The notes under the pieces are model-generated. The model was not told the DNA's origin, made no database searches, and saw nothing but the letters and a program-made list of their open reading frames with translations. Made by a program: the position numbers and the translations under genes. Shown piece by piece: positions 33,913-42,205 of a stretch of DNA of 48,149 bases (position 1 is the stretch's first letter; the number at the start of each line of letters is the position of its first letter). This stretch comes from a virus (taxonomy: Duplodnaviria > Caudoviricetes): positions 1 to 48,149 of IMG/VR virus record IMGVR_UViG_3300012913_000001; one strand, 5' to 3'.

Positions 33913-34164
33913 CTACGCGGTTGGTCCTCGGCCGTTGCCCGGGCCGTCCGGGATGAAGTCGGCGTAGCGGCGGTTTGGGCGCGAGTTGCCGTTCGCGTCC
34001 TCGACCATGAGCCGTTCTGGCGTTGCCTGGCCGGCTGTGATGCGGGTGGTGAGCACCGCGCGCCGTACCGTCTTGCCAACCCGGATCGTCCCGGGGGTCT
34101 TGATGATGGTCCATCCGTCGTATCCGGGGCCTGCGGGGTGTTCGGTGCGGGTCTCTGTGTTCAT
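33913..34164 (-). CDS. Hypothetical protein, probably leaderless
   Basis: ATG 6 nt after TAGAAT -10. Confidence 0.6.
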   Translation of the reverse strand: MNTETRTEHPAGPGYDGWTIIKTPGTIRVGKTVRRAVLTTRITAGQATPERLMVEDANGNSRPNRRYADFIPDGPGNGRGPTA

Positions 34165-34489
34165 ACTGAAATTCTAGCAGGTTTTGACCAGAAAGCAAGA
34201 AACCTCCCCGTTTCCGGGGAGATTTCTCAGAGTGACGGCTTGCCTGGCTTCAGTCCGTTCTTCTCGCAGTACTTCAGGTAGCTGGGGCTTTCCCAGTAGC
34301 TAAGCGCGATAACCAGTCGGCCCTTCTCATCCAGGGCGACACCTTCCGGGATGTCCTCACACTGAGAGCACTCGGTCTCATTGACCCGCGTTCCGTGCTC
34401 GCATGTCTCTGCGAGTTCCGCTGCGATGATCTCTGCGTCCGTGTTCATACTGAAATTCTAGCAGCTTTTGACCAGAAAGCAAGAAACCT
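34157..34489 (-). repeat. 49-bp promoter repeat (34157-34205 and 34441-34489, one mismatch)
   Basis: Minus strand AGGTTTCTTGCTTTCTGGTCAAAA(C/G)CTGCTAGAATTTCAGTATGAACAC. Confidence 0.9.
34227..34448 (-). CDS. Hypothetical protein, probably leaderless
   Basis: Same promoter repeat; CEHG...CSQC. Confidence 0.6.
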   Translation of the reverse strand: MNTDAEIIAAELAETCEHGTRVNETECSQCEDIPEGVALDEKGRLVIALSYWESPSYLKYCEKNGLKPGKPSL

Positions 34490-34527
34490 GGGGAAAATCC
34501 CCAGGTTTCTTGAAAACTACCTCCTGA

Positions 34528-35130
34528 TCAGGAATCCACCTTCGTTCGGCTGCTCCGGATCTTCTTCGCCGTGGTCTCGCTGGTAGCCGGGAACTGGGCC
34601 CTGATCTCAGCCGTGGTAGGCCATCCCTGGCCGTTCTTCTCGCGCTGCGTGGCCCAGAGCACCCCCTCATCGAACTTGGTCAGACGCGGGGTCTTGTGGT
34701 CCGTGGGCACCTTCCTCGGAGCGGAGAGCTTCCGGGCCGGAGCCGGCTTTTTCTGCGTCAGAGAGACGATTTCCAGCGCGAAACCCATCACGGCGAACAC
34801 CGGAGCCACCAACGCAGCACAGATGCCGGCAAGTCCGGTAGCCCCGGCCAGGTTGGCTGTGAAGGTCACTCCCAGGGACATGGCCCCGATGGTGTACATG
34901 ATCCCCTTGACCTCCCGGCTCAGGGTCGCAGTGGCCAACGTCAGGATCACGAGGAACACCCCCACTTCCGGGATGAGCCCCAGCCAGCCAGCGTGTTCCG
35001 GCTGTCCGTTGTCGGTGAACCACTTCACGGTGTGCTCGTAAGAGTTGACAAACGCAACGGCCGTCAACCCGGATGTGAGGGTCCGGCGAACCCAGACCAA
35101 AGCGTTGGTGTACTTCGTTGTCGTTGTCAT
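34528..35130 (-). CDS. Second Spd/DUF2637-like membrane protein with C-terminal HTH
   Basis: AFVNSYEH, WLGLIPE, four TMs, WPTTAEIRAQFPATSETTAKKIR; leaderless promoter TTGCGT-N18-TAAGTT. Confidence 0.7.
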   Translation of the reverse strand: MTTTTKYTNALVWVRRTLTSGLTAVAFVNSYEHTVKWFTDNGQPEHAGWLGLIPEVGVFLVILTLATATLSREVKGIMYTIGAMSLGVTFTANLAGATGLAGICAALVAPVFAVMGFALEIVSLTQKKPAPARKLSAPRKVPTDHKTPRLTKFDEGVLWATQREKNGQGWPTTAEIRAQFPATSETTAKKIRSSRTKVDS

Positions 35131-35190
35131 ATGGACAACTTATCCTGAGAGTGCGTGTAAACGCAACCTAAAATCCAACTTCTTCAGAAG

Positions 35191-35219
35191 TTGACAGAAA
35201 ATCTTAGAACCACTAGATT
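35191..35219 (+). promoter_or_regulatory. Near-consensus housekeeping promoter
   Basis: TTGACA-N17-TAGATT, ATG 6 nt downstream. Confidence 0.75.
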
Positions 35220-35225
35220 CTAGTC

Positions 35226-35348
35226 ATGAGCCCAGAGGACGCACAGAAGCTAGCCCGAGAGTGCCGATGCGCCGATATTCACCGGTGCGCCGCGCTCCGG
35301 GGGCTTCCCAACATGGAGATGGACTTTCCAGCTCCGTACGATGACTGA
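35226..35348 (+). CDS. Small leaderless peptide (40 aa)
   Basis: MSPEDAQKLARECRCADIHRC... Confidence 0.5.
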   Translation: MSPEDAQKLARECRCADIHRCAALRGLPNMEMDFPAPYDD

Positions 35349-35360
35349 GAGGTACCGATC

Positions 35361-35690
35361 ATGGAAAAGATGCCGCTGGACAAGTTGGCAGAGTGGACGC
35401 TCCAAGACCCGTCCGAAACGATCGACGACGGGGAGAGCATCTCCGGCTGGGGTGGGGGAGAGTTGGACGACACGTCCGGTGTTCTCACCCTGACGTACAC
35501 CCCGCACTCCGAGGATGACGCTCCGGACGTCGTTCAGCAGTTCGAGGCGACCACGGCATGTTTCGTGGAAATTGAGAAGCTTCTGGACGTGTTGGCCTCG
35601 ACATCCAGTATTGGTGTTGACGGAGCGATCTTCGGACGAGAAGCGATCCGAGAGTTTCTCTGTGAAGTTCTGGACGCTCACGAGCTGTAG
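35361..35690 (+). CDS. Acidic hypothetical protein
   Basis: GAGG RBS. Confidence 0.6.
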   Translation: MEKMPLDKLAEWTLQDPSETIDDGESISGWGGGELDDTSGVLTLTYTPHSEDDAPDVVQQFEATTACFVEIEKLLDVLASTSSIGVDGAIFGREAIREFLCEVLDAHEL

Positions 35691-35734
35691 CGTGTAAGCT
35701 GTTCACAACAGCCCACCGACAAGGGAGCGTCACG

Positions 35735-35845
35735 ATGGCCAATGGCAAGGGACCGGTCGCCGGCACAGTCGGCAAGGGAACCCGTCCGGCAGGAACACCG
35801 ATCAGCACCCCGAACCCCGTGAAGGGGCTGGATTCCTGGAAGTAA
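35735..35845 (+). CDS. Small peptide (36 aa)
   Basis: GTGTAAGCTGTTCAC promoter motif, CCACCGACAAGGGAG leader, terminator after stop. Confidence 0.55.
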   Translation: MANGKGPVAGTVGKGTRPAGTPISTPNPVKGLDSWK

Positions 35846-35848
35846 GGT

Positions 35849-35885
35849 CAACGGCCCGGAGAAATTCTCCGGGCCGTTGGTTTTT
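35849..35885 (+). terminator. Intrinsic terminator
   Basis: CAACGGCCCGGAGA-AAT-TCTCCGGGCCGTTG plus T-run. Confidence 0.8.
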
Positions 35886-35939
35886 GCCTAGTTTCTAGTG
35901 TAAGCTGTTCACAACAGCAGAAACCGAGAAGGAGACGAC

Positions 35940-36230
35940 ATGATCCCGGTCCAGCTCACGAGTTACGAGATCGAAGAAGTGGAAGCCCGTTTCCCGATGA
36001 TCGTCGACCAGTCCGAGACCACCACGTCTCGCTACTTCTTCCGGGCTGAGTTCCCATTTACCGGAACCCGGGTCGAGTCGGTCAAGTTTCCGATGGGACT
36101 CTGGACTCAGCACTACCGGGACATCGTGAGCCAGTTCCGGGCCGACGTGATCGAGGCGGCCCACGAGGAAGCCAACGCGCTGAACCAGCTTCACACGGAT
36201 TCCGAGAAGATCCTTTGTCGGCTCCGATGA
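35940..36230 (+). CDS. Hypothetical protein
   Basis: AAGGAG RBS; repeated promoter at 35898. Confidence 0.65.
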   Translation: MIPVQLTSYEIEEVEARFPMIVDQSETTTSRYFFRAEFPFTGTRVESVKFPMGLWTQHYRDIVSQFRADVIEAAHEEANALNQLHTDSEKILCRLR

Positions 36231-36463
36231 AGTTCGTCGTCGGCCAGGGAGTCCACATCTTCCTCAAGGGAGAGTGGGTCATCGCTGGCCCCCGCGACAG
36301 TAAGCACGGAGCCCAGCGCTACCCGGTGAAGCCGGTAGACGAACTGGCTCAGCAGGAAGCGGTTCGCTGGCGGACGCTCCGTGGACTCACTCCTGATCAG
36401 ACCATCACCTGTTCGGCCAAGCACATCAGAACCAGGCACACTGATCCGTTCAACCGAGCGTAA
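36227..36463 (+). CDS. Hypothetical protein
   Basis: ATGA overlap. Confidence 0.55.
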   Translation: MKFVVGQGVHIFLKGEWVIAGPRDSKHGAQRYPVKPVDELAQQEAVRWRTLRGLTPDQTITCSAKHIRTRHTDPFNRA

Positions 36464-36473
36464 GGAAACGATC

Positions 36474-36653
36474 ATGAAGTTTGTGGAGTTGCCCACCGAA
36501 ACGGATGAAACCATCACGATCAACGTCAATTACTTGGTGTTGCTCGTTCCAGGGACCTCGTCTACTTTCCACGGAACCTGGATGCACTTTGTGGACGGGT
36601 CCAAATGGTTCACCACGGTTTCATGTGACGCCATTCGGATGCTGGCTGGATAA
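36474..36653 (+). CDS. Hypothetical protein (weak FlbD-like pattern)
   Basis: AAGGA RBS; MKFVEL...ITIN...VDG...VS. Confidence 0.5.
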   Translation: MKFVELPTETDETITINVNYLVLLVPGTSSTFHGTWMHFVDGSKWFTTVSCDAIRMLAG

Positions 36654-36823
36654 TGAAATCTGGACGTTCCGTTCCGTGCCCGAAGTGTCGACAACCGGTC
36701 GGGAAACCATGCCGAAGTCCACGTGGTAGCTCCATGTCGGTATCACACGAGATACGCCGTGATCGAGAAGCCGGCATCGACACCACGCAGAAGACGTACA
36801 AAGCTGATTACCGGAAGGCGTAG
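36653..36823 (+). CDS. Small Zn-finger protein
   Basis: TAATG overlap; VPCPKCRQPVGKPCRS...H. Confidence 0.6.
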   Translation: MKSGRSVPCPKCRQPVGKPCRSPRGSSMSVSHEIRRDREAGIDTTQKTYKADYRKA

Positions 36824-36824
36824 C

Positions 36825-36850
36825 CAACGGCCCCCAGACGGGGGCCGTTG
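36825..36850. terminator. Bidirectional terminator between early and late arms
   Basis: CAACGGCCCC-CAGACG-GGGGCCGTTG. Confidence 0.75.
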
Positions 36851-37156
36851 CTATTTCACCGGGTGCCGGCCAGAGCGCTGGGCCTTGAGGAAGACCCGGA
36901 GCACGTTCCAGAGCACGAGCCCGATAGCGACGCGGACCACGATGCGCACCCATTCTCCGATCTCGCCTCGAAACCAGGGGATCAGGAGAACAGCCACAGA
37001 GAGACCGTAGGAGACTGCTGTGGTGGTGAACAGCAGGAACATGGCCTTTCCGGTGTCGGTGGCTTTCCACGTCGTTCTCCAGCCGTACAGTACGGCCAGG
37101 ATAGCCACCGGGACAAACCCCACAGCAAACGACAATGGGATGAGGACTCTAGTCAT
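36851..37156 (-). CDS. Three-TM holin-like membrane protein
   Basis: Three hydrophobic helices; last gene of lysis cassette. Confidence 0.6.
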   Translation of the reverse strand: MTRVLIPLSFAVGFVPVAILAVLYGWRTTWKATDTGKAMFLLFTTTAVSYGLSVAVLLIPWFRGEIGEWVRIVVRVAIGLVLWNVLRVFLKAQRSGRHPVK

Positions 37157-37358
37157 TTGGTCTTCCTCCCATAGCTTTCCAGATCAACGGACCAAAGTGG
37201 TTCGTCTCTCGCTCGTGGCGTGCTTTGGCAGAACGACCCTTGATCTCTGTCAGATTCTGCTGGGCTTCACGCTCAGCAAGTCTCGCGCGTTCTTGAGCGC
37301 GCTTTGCGTCGGAATCCCGAAGGGTGGCCGCTGGTTTTTTCCACGGAACCCACTTCAT
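37149..37358 (-). CDS. Lysis-cassette small coiled-coil protein
   Basis: ATG 37358; ...RETNHFGPLIWKAM. Confidence 0.6.
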   Translation of the reverse strand: MKWVPWKKPAATLRDSDAKRAQERARLAEREAQQNLTEIKGRSAKARHERETNHFGPLIWKAMGGRPND

Positions 37359-37639
37359 TCCACCGGTCCGTTCTTCTGGGTCAGCGCTGCTCGCAAACCC
37401 GCAATCACAGCTTCGGATGTCCGGGCTATGTCCAGCGCTTCCCGAAGTGCATTGGCCTGTGTCTCTCGGGCTGTCTCGGACAACCGGTGAGCTTCGCGCC
37501 ATTCCTGGACTTGATGCTGAAGATCCCGGATACGCGCGTTCCGATCTCGCACCCACGCCGTACCCATGGTCACCACGAGCACCAACAGCACGATACCCGG
37601 AGTAAGACCTTTGGCGGTTTCTGGATCGAGCCAGTTCAT
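37355..37639 (-). CDS. Single-TM coiled-coil lysis-cassette protein
   Basis: GGAGGA RBS; TM followed by WREAH coiled coil. Confidence 0.65.
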   Translation of the reverse strand: MNWLDPETAKGLTPGIVLLVLVVTMGTAWVRDRNARIRDLQHQVQEWREAHRLSETARETQANALREALDIARTSEAVIAGLRAALTQKNGPVE

Positions 37640-37716
37640 ACATTCTTCCTCCGGATACGGGACAGGGTGCCCCAGGTCACCCCGGGACACCCTGTTTACA
37701 CTAGGTGGTGCAACCC

Positions 37717-37962
37717 TCAAGCGGACGGGGTTCGGGCCCCCAGCTCACGGGCACGCGCGGCCCCGTAGCCGTAGCTGGACACCAACGGCGTGGCCACGGC
37801 CAGCACAGCGGCCAACGCGACCGAGAGCAGCGAGCCGGTGAGGTTCGACTGGTTGCTGAGCAACGGCACGACGTCGGTGCCAGCCCACGTGAGCAGAACC
37901 GCGAGCAGCGCCAGCACGAGATGCCGGACCGGTGCCGGCAACGAGAGGATGAAGTCCTTCAC
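37717..37962 (-). CDS. Putative holin (two TM)
   Basis: Two hydrophobic helices, directly after endolysin. Confidence 0.65.
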   Translation of the reverse strand: MKDFILSLPAPVRHLVLALLAVLLTWAGTDVVPLLSNQSNLTGSLLSVALAAVLAVATPLVSSYGYGAARARELGARTPSA

Positions 37963-38026
37963 GGTAGTTCTCCAGTTCTGCCCCGGCTGGGGCGATTCGG
38001 GTGGACCTGATCGAACGGTACCGCGA

Positions 38027-38893
38027 CTACTTCGGAAGCGCCGTGAGAAGCGCCTCGATCCGGGCCAGCGCCTCACCCTGAGCCTTCAGCATCTTGGCCT
38101 GATCGTCGGACTTGAGCCGCAGATGCCGGACGACACGATTCGTCTCCTCCAGCGTGCTGAGCGGGTACCACGTCGGGTTGTCCGCATCGACGGGCTCACG
38201 GGTCACCGGATCGACGTGCGGAATGATGTCCGTGCCCTTGCCGTTCCAGACGTCGCTTGCCTGCGAAACTGCCATCTCTGACCACGCTTTCGGGGGGTTG
38301 TTAATTTCGTTGACACGACGGATGATCTCCGTCATCTGGGCCACGCGCCGATCTCCCGGACATTCCTTGCCGACCGACGTCGACCACCGTTCGCCACCCT
38401 TGACCAGATAGCCTGGGACGGCGCCGATACCTTCGCTGTGTTCGATCCCCAGCCGATGCCACCCAATCCCCCGGGTTCCGGGCTTGGAGTCGGTGATCTT
38501 CACGGCCGGGATGTCGTGCGTCCGGCACGCCCACGCCACGAGTTGAGCGATCGACTCCAGTTGCCGGGCGGTCCACGCAGCGATGTCACTGGCGGAACGC
38601 GGCGCGTTGTCGCCGGTTTCGATGGAGATGATTCGGTGGTTGCCGTTCAGGTTGGCGTCAGCCCGGTAGCGGGTATCACCCCACTGATAGACCACGCCGT
38701 CCTTGTTGTCACCCCAGGTCCCGCCGACGCCGAAGTGGGATTCCGTTCCGCTCCAGCCGTTTTCGTGGAACATCCGGTCCGTGCTGGAGAGGTTTCCGAC
38801 CATCGTGTGCAGACACACGATGTCGTAGCGAGACATTGCCGGCTGATGTCCACTGGCCAACGGTCGCCAATCAGCTCCGGGATACCGTGCCAT
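38027..38893 (-). CDS. Endolysin, N-acetylmuramoyl-L-alanine amidase (Amidase_2)
   Basis: VCLHT, ESHFGV, ISIET, GWHR, KECPG Zn-amidase motifs. Confidence 0.9.
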   Translation of the reverse strand: MARYPGADWRPLASGHQPAMSRYDIVCLHTMVGNLSSTDRMFHENGWSGTESHFGVGGTWGDNKDGVVYQWGDTRYRADANLNGNHRIISIETGDNAPRSASDIAAWTARQLESIAQLVAWACRTHDIPAVKITDSKPGTRGIGWHRLGIEHSEGIGAVPGYLVKGGERWSTSVGKECPGDRRVAQMTEIIRRVNEINNPPKAWSEMAVSQASDVWNGKGTDIIPHVDPVTREPVDADNPTWYPLSTLEETNRVVRHLRLKSDDQAKMLKAQGEALARIEALLTALPK

Positions 38894-38904
38894 GACGCTT
38901 CCTC

Positions 38905-39108
38905 TCAGAACGGGTTGTTCGGGGTGTGCGGAAGACAGATGCACGGTCCGCGCTCGTGGAAGCGTCCGGGCCGGGGCCGAGAACTCAGGTCCACTCCGCT
39001 GGACAGAAGCAAGAACGGGGCCAGAAACAGCAGAGCCATGAGCATACAGATGAGCACGAATCCCTTACGGGCCAGTCTGTTTCGTTCCGGGTGGTTCATG
39101 TGGTTCAT
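38905..39108 (-). CDS. Small single-TM protein upstream of endolysin
   Basis: GAGGGAG RBS; one long hydrophobic helix. Confidence 0.55.
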   Translation of the reverse strand: MNHMNHPERNRLARKGFVLICMLMALLFLAPFLLLSSGVDLSSRPRPGRFHERGPCICLPHTPNNPF

Positions 39109-39152
39109 GATCGGTGGCTCCCTCAGTCAGTGGTTACTTAGCAGTATAGCCC

Positions 39153-40796
39153 CTACCGTTTTCTGAGCACCCAGTACTTCCCCGGATGCAGTTTCTTGTC
39201 GATCTCCGCAATCGTCCGTGCAATCGTTCTGCTGTAGGAATCCAGCTCCAAAGTAGCTGAAGCGTTAGCAGCGTTGAACTCTACGGAGATCACTCGGAAA
39301 ACCGTAACTCCATCTCTCGCAGATGCGTTCAGTGCGTCCACCCGGGGCTGTACCCCGGCCACGCGAATCAGGTTGCCCGGCAAGATTTCCCACGGCATGA
39401 CCATCCGAGAAGTGACCGTGTCCAGCAACGGGCGCGCTACCGTCAGAGTTCCCGCGTTGGGTGGATACTTGTGCTCCAAGAGGAAATTGTCACCCACGTA
39501 CACAGCATTGGTGTCCGCCCCCAGTTCGTCAGCAATGTCGATGTACGCCGTCCGAGTCAAGCCGGCATCCGTCAGTTGCTGAACGTTCTGAGTTCTCGTG
39601 GTGTTGCGGACGCGGCCCATGGCATCACGCCACCGGACATGGACCGCGTTGTAGAGATCTGATGCCGTGGACGGCGCGTCGAATCCGTCGATAGTCGTTG
39701 CCTCGTAACGAATCACAGACGGCCACGGGACGTACTCAAACCGAGACTTGCCGTTGCTGGGATTGGATTCCCACGCAGCCCAGTAGAACCCGGGATCGAA
39801 CACCATCACGTCATTCAGGACCTGATCGGCAGTCGTTCCGTCCGGGTAGGCCAACTGATCGATATCCACCCCGGAGCCGACCAACGTGGCGTTAGGGCCG
39901 TCGAACTGCGTCAGCACTCTGCCCAGCAGATCCTGGACCACTTCCACCGGGTCAATGTTGTTGACGGAGTAGGTGTTTGTGGTGTCGTCTGTTCCGTCCG
40001 TCTTCTTCAGCAGCGTCCGGACAACGACCGTTGACCAGTATTGGGCCGTGGTGTCGCCGGCCGTGGTGGACGACGTATCTCTCTGGAACCGGCAACTGAC
40101 CACGTTCGCGTCCGGGTCCCAGCCGGAGCTACTGATGTTCGCTGCAATCACCTGAGGCCCTGCCACGCTGGACTGCTTCAGTGAGTAGGTAGACCCACCC
40201 CCTGCTTGACGGAAGAACAACCCGATCGGGTAGTTGGCTGAACCTCCGTCCCCGGTGACGTCGGCCCGGACGCGGGCCAGTTTCATGCCCGCATAGTAGG
40301 CATACCGGTAGATGAAGTCGGCTGTCCACGACGTGGTGATGGCGTCACCTTCGTTGGCCCGAGTGACCAGAGCCGGGGTGTCCGCGTCCAGTTCTCCCAT
40401 CTCTGTAACGGCTTTCGATGATGAGTACGCGGAACGGGTCCAGCGCTCCAGCGATCGATCCACGTAGATCAGGGGCAACGTCTTGTCCTGGGTATGCGTC
40501 CGTGACCCCAGGGCACTGAGGGTCCACACTTCGCCACGGTCGCCGGCTGTACGGCCTGGATCTTCCAGTCGTCCTTCCCACAGCGTCCGGCCGTTGCGTC
40601 CGTCGTAGACGTACACCTTACCGAAGTACTCGATCTCGTCCGGCTGAAGCGCGAGGGGTCGGTTCATGGCGAACGAGCACGTAGCGAAACCACCGGGGAT
40701 TGAGGACATAAATCTCAGGTCCACAAGCTGTTTCGTGATGTCCAGATCTTTCCGGGCTGACTTGATCCGGACAGTGATCGGCAGAGGAATCGTCAT
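39153..40796 (-). CDS. Minor tail/baseplate hub protein
   Basis: PGGFATCSF, LWEGRL, DLYNAVHV; second gene after tape measure. Confidence 0.75.
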   Translation of the reverse strand: MTIPLPITVRIKSARKDLDITKQLVDLRFMSSIPGGFATCSFAMNRPLALQPDEIEYFGKVYVYDGRNGRTLWEGRLEDPGRTAGDRGEVWTLSALGSRTHTQDKTLPLIYVDRSLERWTRSAYSSSKAVTEMGELDADTPALVTRANEGDAITTSWTADFIYRYAYYAGMKLARVRADVTGDGGSANYPIGLFFRQAGGGSTYSLKQSSVAGPQVIAANISSSGWDPDANVVSCRFQRDTSSTTAGDTTAQYWSTVVVRTLLKKTDGTDDTTNTYSVNNIDPVEVVQDLLGRVLTQFDGPNATLVGSGVDIDQLAYPDGTTADQVLNDVMVFDPGFYWAAWESNPSNGKSRFEYVPWPSVIRYEATTIDGFDAPSTASDLYNAVHVRWRDAMGRVRNTTRTQNVQQLTDAGLTRTAYIDIADELGADTNAVYVGDNFLLEHKYPPNAGTLTVARPLLDTVTSRMVMPWEILPGNLIRVAGVQPRVDALNASARDGVTVFRVISVEFNAANASATLELDSYSRTIARTIAEIDKKLHPGKYWVLRKR

Positions 40797-42205
40797 GAGA
40801 GCAGCGGCCTCACAGTCAGGTAGCGCGGCCAATAGGAACCGTTGATGGTGAGACTCTGGCTGGGGATGTCCGACCCGTTCCCGGTGTCCGGCGACACGTC
40901 CCGGATGCAGACGATCCGATTCGTGGTGTTCGGGGAGACCATCGGCAGATCACCCACGAAGTACGTGGACAACGTGTCCGTGACGTTGCCCCCCGCGTCC
41001 AGGCCGTAGATCGCACGGTTCGTCCCGTCGGCCACGAAAGTCGTTGGCGTGGACGCACTCCAGTTGATGATGCAGAACCGATCATCAGCCGGTACGAACA
41101 GAAGGTGGTCCGTGGTGAACGGGTCGGTGGAGGCGGTCCGCTGAATCCAGACACTGATCGGGACCCCGGCCACCGACAACGGTGCGCCGTCCGGGCCGTT
41201 GGTCTGGGGATCGACCCCTTCCGGGATCTGCACCAAACCCATGTCCCACATCGGAATTGCGGAGATCGACGTGAATCGAGTCGACGTGTTCTGGTTGTTC
41301 CGAATGGCCCGGACACCGTGCCTGATCTCGAACTTGCACACGTTGGCCGGTGGTCCGCCGCTACCCCCGGCCAGGCCACGCAGGAACACGCGGTAGGTTC
41401 CGCGCGCATCGACAGACGCACTCGTGGGAAACGCTGCGATCGAAAGCCGTTGCGCGAGTGCGGCATTGGTGTTGAACGTCGTCACGGAAACGTTGGTCCC
41501 GGATGGCGGGTTCCATGACGTGCCGGCTGCTGACGTCGCTGTGTCCGTCCCCTGCGTCATGGCTTCGGCCTGGAGCACGAACGGCATGGCGGACGGGGTT
41601 CCCCGACGTCGGACGGCCAGCACCGTTTGCCGGCTCGCGACCTCCGACCCGGTGAACCGGAGCTGGAGGGGTGTCTCCACGTCGCCCTTGATGCTGGTCA
41701 AATCGAAATAGCGACCGTTCGAGCCGGCCGTGACGTCGGAGCTGACCACCACCGGACCGAAGTCTTCACGGATGCCGTAGGAGAATGGCTCCGCTGGAAT
41801 GTCGATCTGGAAATCGTAGAGATTGATCCCGTAATCGATCGTGGACTGGTAGTCCGGTGCCCGGAACGTTTTGAAGAACACCGGGGGAACCGTGGGCTCC
41901 GGCTGCCACATCAAGATGTTGGTGGCCCGATTCAGCTCACGGTGCAACATCTGTGCTTTGGCGGCTGCGTCTACCGGATCGTTGGTGTCCAACTGGATGT
42001 GAAGGCGAACCACCCTGTTTTCGTATGCGCTCGCTGGAATCACCGCGCCGTCCGTCAACAGGGTGGAGTTCAGTGCTCTGGTCAACGGTGGAGGCGAGAT
42101 GTCCGTTCCGTTGAATAGCACAGTCCATGGTGAGCTGGACAGAGACAGCCTGATTCCAGCCGTCAAGGATATCGAATCCACAAACTGGATACGTTCTTTC
42201 GCCAT
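40793..42205 (-). CDS. Minor tail (distal tail-like) protein
   Basis: First gene after tape measure; AEPFSYG, KGDVETP. Confidence 0.75.
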   Translation of the reverse strand: MAKERIQFVDSISLTAGIRLSLSSSPWTVLFNGTDISPPPLTRALNSTLLTDGAVIPASAYENRVVRLHIQLDTNDPVDAAAKAQMLHRELNRATNILMWQPEPTVPPVFFKTFRAPDYQSTIDYGINLYDFQIDIPAEPFSYGIREDFGPVVVSSDVTAGSNGRYFDLTSIKGDVETPLQLRFTGSEVASRQTVLAVRRRGTPSAMPFVLQAEAMTQGTDTATSAAGTSWNPPSGTNVSVTTFNTNAALAQRLSIAAFPTSASVDARGTYRVFLRGLAGGSGGPPANVCKFEIRHGVRAIRNNQNTSTRFTSISAIPMWDMGLVQIPEGVDPQTNGPDGAPLSVAGVPISVWIQRTASTDPFTTDHLLFVPADDRFCIINWSASTPTTFVADGTNRAIYGLDAGGNVTDTLSTYFVGDLPMVSPNTTNRIVCIRDVSPDTGNGSDIPSQSLTINGSYWPRYLTVRPLLS

